Source: Eubacteriales bacterium (lineage in GTDB: Bacteria; Bacillota; Clostridia; Christensenellales; UBA1750). Taken from it: DNA of 64,000 nucleotides. Under the pieces are notes generated by a model that ran no database searches, was not told the origin of the DNA, and saw nothing but the letters and a program-made list of their open reading frames with translations. Positions 37,774 to 46,110 of this stretch are shown in pieces. The translations under genes and the position numbers were made by a program. The stretch is taken from NCBI GenBank assembly GCA_031548365.1, contig JAVBRD010000006.1:36030-100029 (forward strand), written 5' to 3'. The first letter of the stretch is position 1, and every line of letters starts with the position of its first letter.

Positions 37774-39080
37774 TGCCGGACGAGCTGGGTAACATCAAGG
37801 CGTGTTTGGATCGGTACGCGTCGTCTCAGACCATGGACGAGGCGGATGTGCAGCGAATGCTCGTCAACGTCCACATCAAGTCCGAGGAACGCGTACGCCG
37901 CGTGCCTTTCGTTGGGCTTGTCGGTGTGGCCCTCCTCGTCGGCGGAGTGCTGACAAGCGCGTCGTACTTAAGCCGGCCCGAGGGTGAAGCCGCGTTTGAC
38001 GCGTTTTTGCGAAGCGCGGTCAGAACGCCTGCTGTGCAGGAAACGCCGCGCGTTGTCGCAAGACCAGTGCAGACCCCTGCCTTGCCCATCCCAGAACCGG
38101 TGCGCGCCCCGGTCAACATGGGCTTTGATCCCGGACCCGTGCCGGGTGCGGCGGTTGGCCTAGCGGCAGCGAACGTCGAGAGTGTCGCTCGGGTGTCGCC
38201 CCCTTCCATATATCCGATCACTCTGGATTCGAAGACCGGGTTCATCGATGCGCAGGGAAAGTTGCTTGTCGCTCCCGAACTGACATATGTGGCGCCGTTT
38301 ACGGACGGTATCGCGATTGTCGCGCGCGGCGAAGGCGACGGCGCGCGCTACGCGGTGCTGACCGAGCATGGCGTGATCAGCCCTTTTGCTTACAGGATGA
38401 TTGGGCGATTTTCAGACGGACTTGCACCTGCCCAGCATCAAGATACCTTGCGCTGGGGATACATCGACGCAAGCGGCGAGTGGTTCATCGCGCCCATTTA
38501 CGTCTGGTCGCTGGAGTTCGTTTCCGGTTATGCGCAGGTTTGGACGTCCGATGAAAGCTTCTTGATCACGCCCAGCGGAGCGCGCTATGAGGGTGATGCG
38601 CCATTTGCGACACCAGAATCGACCTCCATGCCTGCCGACATAAAACCGGCGCTGAGAATCGTAGAAAAGATGGTCGGGTCGCGTATCTTGTACGGCGTGG
38701 AGAACTTCAAGGGTGAGACGGTCGTGCCGGCCGTTTGTCGGTCCGCGCATCTGTTCTCCGGAGGCATCATCTATAGCACGGACGCGGCCAATTCGCGTTT
38801 CGGACTGTTCAACGCGGATGGCAGCATCCGCATCATGCATCAGTTTGGCTTTTTGTCCGTCGTCGATGGCGACACGGCCTCTCTCATCGCATCGACCGCG
38901 GGCAGCGCGCTTTGCGGCGTGATTGACCTTGACGCTCAATGGCTTATTGAGCCCAAGTTTTTGCAGGTGATGTTTTTCGACGGAGTGCTCGCGCGCGTTC
39001 GCGGCGTGGAAGCGGGCCGCGAACGGTCCGGGTATATTAACACCAAGGGCGATTGGGTATACGTCGAAAGCGAAAAATAG
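37773..39080 (+). CDS. single-pass membrane protein with extracytoplasmic WG-repeat domain (putative anti-sigma factor)
   Basis: Start overlaps the sigma stop (TAATG). ~60-aa cytoplasmic N-terminus, TM VGLVGVALLVGGVL, Pro-rich linker, then repeated GFID..G..(V/I)AP.Y....F.dG.A blocks (WG/KWG repeats). Confidence 0.6.
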   Translation: MPDELGNIKACLDRYASSQTMDEADVQRMLVNVHIKSEERVRRVPFVGLVGVALLVGGVLTSASYLSRPEGEAAFDAFLRSAVRTPAVQETPRVVARPVQTPALPIPEPVRAPVNMGFDPGPVPGAAVGLAAANVESVARVSPPSIYPITLDSKTGFIDAQGKLLVAPELTYVAPFTDGIAIVARGEGDGARYAVLTEHGVISPFAYRMIGRFSDGLAPAQHQDTLRWGYIDASGEWFIAPIYVWSLEFVSGYAQVWTSDESFLITPSGARYEGDAPFATPESTSMPADIKPALRIVEKMVGSRILYGVENFKGETVVPAVCRSAHLFSGGIIYSTDAANSRFGLFNADGSIRIMHQFGFLSVVDGDTASLIASTAGSALCGVIDLDAQWLIEPKFLQVMFFDGVLARVRGVEAGRERSGYINTKGDWVYVESEK

Positions 39081-39108
39081 AGTCGCGAAAACCCGCATCT
39101 TCGGCGAA

Positions 39109-39165
39109 GTGCACCCCGGAAGTGAGCCAGTATGATATCCTGAAAACGAATGGGGTGCATTTTTA
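39109..39165 (+). terminator. stem-loop with T-run downstream of the WG-repeat gene
   Basis: GTGCACCCC (39109-39117) pairs with GGGGTGCAT (39152-39160), followed by TTTT. The 34-nt loop is unusually large. Confidence 0.4.
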
Positions 39166-39369
39166 TGCCCGATGGGATGCCGAACGAGCGGATGTCCGCC
39201 AGAGTATGAGCCGCAAGGATGAGGTCTGGACAATTCGGCGTCGGGATCATCTTTGGTTTACTCATAAGCGAACGGCTCTGCATCTAGTATTTTGACTCGA
39301 TGGAGCACTTCAAAGCAGAGTTGATTGATTATCTGCATATGTTACCATCTTCGGATGAAAGCCAAACAG

Positions 39370-39418
39370 CAGGGCTTGCCGTCTGCTTTGCACAGACAAC
39401 AAGCCCTGTTTGCCGTTT
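39370..39418. terminator. bidirectional terminator downstream of yaaT
   Basis: CAGGGCTTG..GTCTG / CAGAC..CAAGCCCTG two-part stem with T-runs on both strands. Confidence 0.6.
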
Positions 39419-39474
39419 AACCTGAAGATTTGCCTTATTTTTTGAGGTCACTTCGCTTGAAGCGCGGAGTTTTC

Positions 39475-41121
39475 TCATTCAGTCTTTGGAGGCGGGGAGG
39501 GCGCTGGAGTTTCCGATTCACCGCCGGGCTTGGGTCCGTGATGTCGGCGGCGTCCGCCGCGTCGATGTGAAGAAGAGGGGGCGGGCGCGTTGGGATCGCG
39601 CGCGCCGAACGTGTCGGGCGTCAGGTCGGTCGAGGGGTCGGACATCGGGGGAAGCGCTGCAGGCTTTACGCGCTGATCGGCGTTTGCGATGCGCGGCCGC
39701 GGGGGCTGCGTGCGCTTTGCCGGATCAGTCTGCGTGCGGCGCTGGTTGTCAGGCGCGTCGGGACGTTTTACCGCGTCCGGGGAACCAGCTGGCCGTGGCT
39801 GAGGGCGGGTGTCACGCTTCGGCTGCGGGGTGATCGCGGGGCGTCCGTTTGCGTCGACGGATGCGGAAACGGGCGCGGGGCGCACATCGCGATTGCGCAT
39901 GTCGGCCGAGCCTCGGAAGCGGTTGGCGCGCGAAGCTTCCTGCGAGGGGGGAGAAGCGGGCGTGCCTTCAGAGGTCTGCGCAGGGCGGGGATCGCGCACG
40001 CGCGGGGGTCTCGCGGCGGGCGCTTGCTCGGCGCGTGGAGGCCTTTGCGCAGGTGCGCTCTCAGCGCGAGGAGGTCTGGGCGCGGGCTCAGTGCGCGGCC
40101 CTTTTGCGGCTTGGGGAGCGGTCTCTGACTTGGGCGCGGCGTGCAGCGGTTCGCGCGGAAGAACCGGTACGCGCTGCTCTGGTGTCGTCGCGCTCTGCAC
40201 CATGCGTTCGGAGCGGTTGCCAGACCTGCGCTCTCTTTCGGCGGGCGGGGGAGAGGTTTCGCCGCCTTCCGTTTTTTTCTCATCATCAGGGAAGGGAAGA
40301 ATGGGTTCGTTGGGGCTGTATGGCCTCACGCGCGAGAGCGGATACTCGCGGAACGTATAAGCGTTCTCAGGCGTAACGAAGCGAACGCGCACCAGTTCCT
40401 TGACTGCGTACGTCTCCTGAACGATGCCCACGCCGTCTGGTGTACTGACTTCCTTGCCAACTTTTGGAGAGAGCTTGCGGAACGCCTCGTAGCTGTCCTG
40501 CTCGTACTTCAGGCAACACAACAAGCGACCGCAGAGGCCGCTGATTTTCGTGGGGTTGAGCGAGAGACTTTGCTCCTTGGCCATCTTGATGGACACAGGC
40601 TGAAAGCTGGGCAGGAAAGTGCGGCAGCAGATGCCCCGCCCGCACGGTCCCAGTCCACCGAGCATTTTTGCTTCGTCGCGCACGCCGATCTGCCGAAGCT
40701 CGATTCTTGTGTGGAACACGGCCGCGAGGTCCCGAACCAACTCGCGAAAATCGACACGCCCTTCGGATGTGAAGTAGAAAACGATTTTGCCGTCAAACGT
40801 AAACTCAACATCGACAAGCTTCATGTCAAGCTTGTGATGTAGAATCTTTTCTTCGCACAGCGAGAACACTTCGCTTCGCCGTTCGCCGTTTTTGCGAATG
40901 GTCGCGATCTCTTCCGCAGTCGCCTCGCGCAATAAGGGCTTGAGCGGTGTGACGATCTCGCTGGGAGCTGCCTCGCGTGCCTCAAACACGACCTCGCCGC
41001 ACTCAACGCCGCGTGCCGTTTCCACGATTACCTGATCCCCGCTTGCCGGGCGGATTTCACCGGGATCGAAAAAGTATGTTTTGCCTCCTGTTTTGAAACG
41101 GACGCCGATGACGTTTGCCAT
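39475..41121 (-). CDS. yaaT: RicT/YaaT (PSP1 domain) protein with a long Pro/Arg-rich C-terminal extension
   Basis: N-terminal 280 aa: VIGVRFKTGGKTYFFDPG.., CGRGICCRTFL..GLCGRLLCCLKYE (RicT cysteines). The ATG at 41121 gives the canonical MANVIGVRF start. The remaining ~268 aa are low complexity. Confidence 0.85.
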   Translation of the reverse strand: MANVIGVRFKTGGKTYFFDPGEIRPASGDQVIVETARGVECGEVVFEAREAAPSEIVTPLKPLLREATAEEIATIRKNGERRSEVFSLCEEKILHHKLDMKLVDVEFTFDGKIVFYFTSEGRVDFRELVRDLAAVFHTRIELRQIGVRDEAKMLGGLGPCGRGICCRTFLPSFQPVSIKMAKEQSLSLNPTKISGLCGRLLCCLKYEQDSYEAFRKLSPKVGKEVSTPDGVGIVQETYAVKELVRVRFVTPENAYTFREYPLSRVRPYSPNEPILPFPDDEKKTEGGETSPPPAERERRSGNRSERMVQSATTPEQRVPVLPREPLHAAPKSETAPQAAKGPRTEPAPRPPRAESAPAQRPPRAEQAPAARPPRVRDPRPAQTSEGTPASPPSQEASRANRFRGSADMRNRDVRPAPVSASVDANGRPAITPQPKRDTRPQPRPAGSPDAVKRPDAPDNQRRTQTDPAKRTQPPRPRIANADQRVKPAALPPMSDPSTDLTPDTFGARDPNAPAPSSSHRRGGRRRHHGPKPGGESETPAPSPPPKTE

Positions 41122-41181
41122 CGTGGTCCCCCTTCCTGTATGGGACTTGTGGTGGGGCGGATCACCGGGCATTTGCGCCGT

Positions 41182-42090
41182 CTACCCCAAATGATCGGCG
41201 ACTTCGGTCAGCACGGTGCTCGCCATAACGTAACTGGTCAGCCGGCGTCTCCCGATTTCAACGGCGCGCAGCGCGGCGATCTTCTCTTGGGGCGTGAGTC
41301 GCGCTGACGCCCAGTGGCGTGATGCGGGGTCTTTAAGCGCGCTGTGAAGCAATGCCTCGAGGATGCGAAGCACGGTGTCCACGTCCATCTTAGCGGCTTC
41401 GATCTCGCGCAGCGCTCTGAGGCGTTCCACTGTTCCCGAGAGCAGCCCGATCGCTTGTGCCCTGCACGCCAGCACGCGGTCGTCATCGGCAAGCGAGAGC
41501 GCGCGCCCGACAACGCCTCCGGACAAATGCAGGGCTGTCTCAAGCCGCTCGCCGGACACGCCGCGCTCTGTCAGCAGGCGATGTATGTCGATTTCGCTCA
41601 CGACAGGCATGCGAAAAAGCTGTGAGCGTGAGCGCACAGTCGGCAGCACCGCGCTCGCGTCGGATGCCCCAAGCAAAAAAAACGTGTTTGCGACCGGCTC
41701 TTCCAGCGTCTTGAGCAGCGCGTTTTGAGCTTGTGGGGTCAGCGCGTCCGCGCGAGGGATGCGCACTGTGCGCGCGCGGGATGAGAACGCTTTCAGCGAT
41801 AGTGTGTCCAGCAATTCGCGGACATCGTCAACGCCGCGCGCTTCCAACACCAAATCATCGGGGTGTTCGTGTTCCAGCACAGCCCTGCATCCGGCGCAGC
41901 AGCCGCATGGGCGCGCGCTATCTTCCGAGACGCAGTGCAGCGTGAGCGCGCATAGTTCCGCGATGCTGCGCTTGCCGCTTCCTTCCGGTCCAAGGAAAAG
42001 AAGAGCATGAACAAACTGCCCGCCTTGAAGCGCCCTGTGCAGCGCTTCGATGCGGGCAGTTACACCCAGAAACTCAGAAAACGACTTCAC
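41182..42090 (-). CDS. holB: DNA polymerase III subunit delta prime
   Basis: HALLFLGPEGSGKRS, C..CxxC zinc module (CGCCAGC), NALLKTLEEP. Confidence 0.85.
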   Translation of the reverse strand: MKSFSEFLGVTARIEALHRALQGGQFVHALLFLGPEGSGKRSIAELCALTLHCVSEDSARPCGCCAGCRAVLEHEHPDDLVLEARGVDDVRELLDTLSLKAFSSRARTVRIPRADALTPQAQNALLKTLEEPVANTFFLLGASDASAVLPTVRSRSQLFRMPVVSEIDIHRLLTERGVSGERLETALHLSGGVVGRALSLADDDRVLACRAQAIGLLSGTVERLRALREIEAAKMDVDTVLRILEALLHSALKDPASRHWASARLTPQEKIAALRAVEIGRRRLTSYVMASTVLTEVADHLG

Positions 42091-42117
42091 TTGAAGCTGT
42101 TCTACCCCCTGACCGCG

Positions 42118-42447
42118 TTACAGCTTGATGAACTGCTCCACGTTCAGCACAAAAATAATCGCACCGCCGACCATGACCTCAATCGGATACGGCACATACA
42201 CGCCGGTCGACCCTGCGACGGGAGAAGGCGATGTCGCAATCTGCTTGCGGCTCTTGCAGACTTTCTCGATGATGGCCATCGCGCCTTTGAACTTTGTTTC
42301 GTCTACGCCCAGAAGAAGCGTTGTGTTGCCGGCGCGCAGAAAACCGCCTGTTGTGGCCAACTTGGTTACCGAGAAGCCATCGTTCATGAGTGTGGAGATC
42401 AACCTTGCGGCATCTTCGTCCTGTACGATCGCGATGATAAGCTTCAT
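42118..42447 (-). CDS. darA: cyclic-di-AMP receptor DarA (YaaQ/PstA, PII-like)
   Basis: MKLIIAIVQDEDAARLISTLMNDGFSVTKLATTGGFLRAGNTTLLLGV. Confidence 0.85.
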   Translation of the reverse strand: MKLIIAIVQDEDAARLISTLMNDGFSVTKLATTGGFLRAGNTTLLLGVDETKFKGAMAIIEKVCKSRKQIATSPSPVAGSTGVYVPYPIEVMVGGAIIFVLNVEQFIKL

Positions 42448-42478
42448 ACGTAACCCTCCCGTTCATATCTGTTATGCC

Positions 42479-42507
42479 ATTATATATCAGTTGGTGTGTA
42501 AAAGCAA
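42479..42507 (-). promoter_or_regulatory. sigma-A type promoter (TTGCTT-17-TATAAT) for darA-holB-yaaT
   Basis: Minus-strand hexamers at 42502-42507 and 42479-42484. Confidence 0.55.
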
Positions 42508-42550
42508 TGGCGGTTCATGCTTTGCGAGCGATTCGCGCGGAGGGAAGAGC

Positions 42551-42820
42551 TTAAAGCACCGCCGTGAGTGCCGTGACGAGAACTGCTCCCGGGAGGCCAA
42601 GGATGCCCACGATGAGCGCTGTCAGCACGTTAAGCGCCGGCGCGACGCCGGTGTAGGGCGCGAGCAGACCGATACCGTAAAGTGCGACGCCGCCCAGCAC
42701 AGCGTTGCCGAGCAGACGCGCGATGAGCTTTGAGGGGACGGTGAACAGCCAGCCGATGCCGTAAAGCAACAGCATGCCCAGAGCGAAGAAGAGCACTGAA
42801 TCCCACTGTATGTTGACCAC
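42551..42820 (-). CDS. bofA: pro-sigmaK processing inhibitor BofA
   Basis: 89-aa two-TM protein. ..ALNVLTALIVGILGLPGAVLV matches the BofA C-terminal motif. Conserved position after yaaL. Confidence 0.65.
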   Translation of the reverse strand: MVNIQWDSVLFFALGMLLLYGIGWLFTVPSKLIARLLGNAVLGGVALYGIGLLAPYTGVAPALNVLTALIVGILGLPGAVLVTALTAVL

Positions 42821-42841
42821 GGCAACTCCTCCTGTTTGTCT

Positions 42842-43108
42842 TTATGGCGCGTTCAACTCCTGGATGTCGCCTGCCGCTTGCGCCAGATGTTTTTCTGCGT
42901 TGCGCAGCATGTAGATGTAGCGACGGCGCGTCGCCTCAACGTCGTAAATCGCGTAGTCCACAAGGTCGGGATCGCTGACTGAATTGAAGTAGGCGAGTGA
43001 GGTCTGCCACTGTTCCCATGCCTTTTTGACCTCGAGTTTATACGCCTCTTTTTCCTGATCGATCATCACGAAACCGAGCTTGTCAAGGACTTGATTGATA
43101 AGTGCCAT
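42842..43108 (-). CDS. yaaL: DUF2508 (YaaL) family protein
   Basis: ..AWEQWQTSLAYFNSVSDPDLVDYAIYDVEATRRRYIYMLRNAEK fits the DUF2508 pattern, and the gene is adjacent to bofA. Confidence 0.65.
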   Translation of the reverse strand: MALINQVLDKLGFVMIDQEKEAYKLEVKKAWEQWQTSLAYFNSVSDPDLVDYAIYDVEATRRRYIYMLRNAEKHLAQAAGDIQELNAP

Positions 43109-43230
43109 ACCCTCGACTCCTTTTCCATTTGGGTTGTCCCCTTACATCATAGGCAGGGAAAAGGGAAAATATTCCTCCCGGTGAGGCAAACAAAAAAACG
43201 GGCGCTCCTCGCGTCCGTCTTTTGCTTGCC

Positions 43231-43788
43231 TCACTGCTCCATTTGCCGTCCCACAAACCCCGCCGCGGTTTCGGTGACCTTGACCTCAGTTTCGTTCATG
43301 CGGCAGTTGGGATCGCGCGAGAGGAGGATGACCGCGCCGACGGGATCGCCGTCCACGATGATGGGCGTGATGACCTGGGAGGTGAAGTGCGCGTTTTCGT
43401 CCTCATCTTGCGTAATGGACACGAATTTCCCGCCTTGCGAGCGGTTGTTGATCACGGTTTGCCGGTTCTTCATGACCTGTTCCATCTCCGTGCTGATGGG
43501 TTTGTCGGTTAGTTCTTTGCGTTGCGCGCCGGAAACAGACACAATCATGTCCTTATCGCAGATGCACGCGACGTGCCCGAGCGAGCGAAAAAGCGATTCG
43601 GAGTACTCGCGGGCAAAGCTTGAGAGCTCGCCGATCGGGGAATACTTCTTTAAGATGACCTCGCCGTCGCGGTCGGTAAAAATCTCGAGCGGATCGCCCT
43701 CGCGAATGCGCAAGGTCCGGCGAATTTCCTTGGGAATGACGACGCGACCGAGCTCGTCGATTCGCCTGACGATGCCTGTAGCTTTCAA
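43231..43788 (-). CDS. spoVT: stage V sporulation protein T (AbrB-family regulator)
   Basis: KATGIVRRIDELGRVVIPKEIRRTLRIREGDPLEIFTDRDGEVILKKYSP plus a GAF-like C-domain. TTG at 43788 lies 7 nt after GGAGGG. Upstream GCATA..N~18..ACAATA is loosely sigma-G/F-like. Confidence 0.9.
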   Translation of the reverse strand: MKATGIVRRIDELGRVVIPKEIRRTLRIREGDPLEIFTDRDGEVILKKYSPIGELSSFAREYSESLFRSLGHVACICDKDMIVSVSGAQRKELTDKPISTEMEQVMKNRQTVINNRSQGGKFVSITQDEDENAHFTSQVITPIIVDGDPVGAVILLSRDPNCRMNETEVKVTETAAGFVGRQMEQ

Positions 43789-43890
43789 ATCAAAGCCCTC
43801 CTTGATGATCATGTCCTCTGTACGGAGGTATTGTTCATCATGCGAAGGGCTTTTATGCACCAAGACTTGGCGATGCTCCCATGGCAATTT

Positions 43891-45069
43891 TTAATGCCAA
43901 TGGTCGAGAATGCGCAGCAGAGATTCGTAGACGCCGGGCAGACCAATGTCGAGAGAAGGGTAGACTGGGATGACGGCGATCTCCTCGCCGCCGACGGTCA
44001 CCGTCAGCCTGCCGACTGCCTGATCCTTGCGCAGAGGGGCTTTGAGAGTGTCCGGAACATCCAGCGTGAGCGTGGCTTGCGTCTCGCTTCCTTTTTTACC
44101 GAGCGTGGACGCGCCGTTCCCCGCGACGAGGTCGACGGTCGTGTTTCCCGCTTGCTTGACGGGCACGTCTTTCTTGACAATATCGCCTGTTTTAACGTGG
44201 GACTGCATTTGGTAGTGGTCGAAGCCGTATTTGAGCATGCGTGAGGCCAAATCGAAGCGATCCTTGCTCGTCTTTGAGCCGAGTACGATGGCCAGCATGC
44301 TCATGCCGCCTTGCGTGGCGCTCGCGGACACGCAGTATCCGGCTTCCGCGGTGGAGCCGGTCTTGACGCCGTCAGCGCCGTCAAAAAAACGGATGAGGCG
44401 GTTGGTGTTAACCAGCTCGGTTTTTCGCCCGTTCTTGTGCGTGATCTCGGTCAGCCACACCTTGGAAAACTCCTGATACCCCGGTCTGATGGCAAGTGAG
44501 CGCGAGAGTGTGGCGATGTCTCGCGCGGACATGCGGCTGGATGTGCCGCCCGAAACGGGCAAGCCCGTTGTGTTGGCAAAGTTTGTGTTTTTCAGGTCCA
44601 TTTGCCTCGCGCGCTCGTTCATTTTGTCCACGAACGCCTTCTCCGAACCGTACAGGTGCTCGGCGAGCGCCACGCACGAGTCGTTGGCTGACGCGACGAT
44701 CACACTTTTAATCAGATCGTTCGCGGCGTAGGATGCGCCTGCGTCGAGGAAGGCCTCGGAACCCTCGGTTGCCGCAGCGTTTTTTGAAACGGATACTGCC
44801 TGGTCGGGCGCGAGGCGGCCGTCCTCCATCGCGTCGAGCACGAGCATGAGCGTCATGGTCTTGGTCACGCTCGCGACCGGGAGCGGCTGATCGGCGTTTT
44901 TTTCAAAAATGACCGTGCCTGTGCCCATGTCAACGAGCATTGCGGCAGACGCGTCAAGCGTGAACGGCGGCGGGATGAGCGGCTGCGCGGCGGCATGGGC
45001 AAGCGGGACCGCGGCCAAAATGACAACGGCGAGAAGCAAAAACAGTGCGCGTCTTTGCATGTCGAACAC
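43891..45069 (-). CDS. D-alanyl-D-alanine carboxypeptidase (peptidase S11, DacB/DacF-like)
   Basis: Signal peptide, SVTK (SxxK), SAND (SxN), KTGST (KTG) motifs, C-terminal beta domain. Confidence 0.88.
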   Translation of the reverse strand: MFDMQRRALFLLLAVVILAAVPLAHAAAQPLIPPPFTLDASAAMLVDMGTGTVIFEKNADQPLPVASVTKTMTLMLVLDAMEDGRLAPDQAVSVSKNAAATEGSEAFLDAGASYAANDLIKSVIVASANDSCVALAEHLYGSEKAFVDKMNERARQMDLKNTNFANTTGLPVSGGTSSRMSARDIATLSRSLAIRPGYQEFSKVWLTEITHKNGRKTELVNTNRLIRFFDGADGVKTGSTAEAGYCVSASATQGGMSMLAIVLGSKTSKDRFDLASRMLKYGFDHYQMQSHVKTGDIVKKDVPVKQAGNTTVDLVAGNGASTLGKKGSETQATLTLDVPDTLKAPLRKDQAVGRLTVTVGGEEIAVIPVYPSLDIGLPGVYESLLRILDHWH

Positions 45070-45198
45070 CTCCGTCGGACTTCCCTATATCCTATCCTCG
45101 CTTGGTGCCGTGATATGACAAGCAAAGACAAATGTCCGACAGGGAAAAAAACCTCAATGTCGAACATACAGACGGATATACATTCTGGAGGATGAAAT

Positions 45199-46044
45199 AT
45201 GGTTCGGATCGTGGCTGACAGCACATGCGATATCGGCTTGGAAAACGTCGCTCGGCTGGGCGTCACCATCGTGCCGCTCTACGTGGTGATGGAGGAGCGC
45301 TCGCTCAAAGATGGCCTTGAGGTAACCCCACACGAGTTGTTTCTGTGGGCGGACGCACACAAGGAGACACCCAAGACGGCCGCGGCCAATCAGGATGATT
45401 TTGCGAAGTGCTTCTCGTCTCTTTTGCAAGGGACCGATGAGATCGTTTTTTTCGGAATATCGGAGGACATGTCCGCGACGTGCGGCAACGCGAGGGTCGC
45501 AGCGGGCGCGTACCCGCCAGGTAAAGTACGGGTCGTCGACACGAGAAACATCACCTGTGGCAGCGGGCACCTGATTTACCAAGCGGCCGAAATGGCGCGC
45601 GCGGGCGCGTGCGCGGAAGAGATCGTACGAGCGTCCGAAAAAATGATTCCCAAAGTGCGCACAAGTTTTGTGGTCGACACGCTTTTATATCTGTACCGGG
45701 GTGGACGCTGTTCCGCGGTTGCGGCGATGAGCGCGATGGCGCTGAGGATCAAGCCGGAGATCGCCGTAGAAAACGGGGTCATGCATCCCAGGCAGAAGTT
45801 CAGGGGGCGTATCGAGCACGTGGTGGACCGGTATGTCGCCGCGCTAGCGCCCGCGCTAGAAAACGCGATGTCAAAACGTGTGTTCATCGTGCACACCATG
45901 GACGACGACACGACCGTGAGCCGCGTGCGTAATCAGATCGCGGCCATGAACCGTTTTGACGAGATTGTGGTGGAGCGCGCGGGATGCGTGATCTCAAGCC
46001 ACTGCGGACCGGGCACGCTGGGCGTGATTTATGTGGAGGATTAA
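45199..46044 (+). CDS. DegV family fatty-acid-binding protein
   Basis: IVADSTCDI N-terminus and overall DegV pattern. Confidence 0.88.
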   Translation: MVRIVADSTCDIGLENVARLGVTIVPLYVVMEERSLKDGLEVTPHELFLWADAHKETPKTAAANQDDFAKCFSSLLQGTDEIVFFGISEDMSATCGNARVAAGAYPPGKVRVVDTRNITCGSGHLIYQAAEMARAGACAEEIVRASEKMIPKVRTSFVVDTLLYLYRGGRCSAVAAMSAMALRIKPEIAVENGVMHPRQKFRGRIEHVVDRYVAALAPALENAMSKRVFIVHTMDDDTTVSRVRNQIAAMNRFDEIVVERAGCVISSHCGPGTLGVIYVED

Positions 46045-46110
46045 GGTCTCACAACCACAACCGGATAAACACATCGCGCGATGCCCTATTCTGCTCATGA
46101 GAGGTGCTGT

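Noticed and set aside
39109-39165. Possible SRP RNA domain IV (CCCGGAAGUGAGCC resembles CCGGAAGGAAGCAGC)
   Set aside because: Only a partial match to the GGAA tetraloop side. The symmetric/asymmetric loop partner strand and the flanking helices of 4.5S/scRNA are absent, and the element is too short. It more likely acts as a terminator-like hairpin.
39053-39427. Small ORFs in the convergent intergenic region (80 aa at 39053-39295; 41 aa at 39302-39427)
   Set aside because: The first overlaps the end of the WG-repeat gene in another frame. Neither has an RBS or a recognisable sequence. The second runs through the terminator hairpin.
39809-40376. Plus-strand ORFs of 175-183 aa opposite the yaaT tail
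   Set aside because: They are Gly/Arg/Ala-rich reverse-complement images of the Pro/Arg-rich tail and have no start context.
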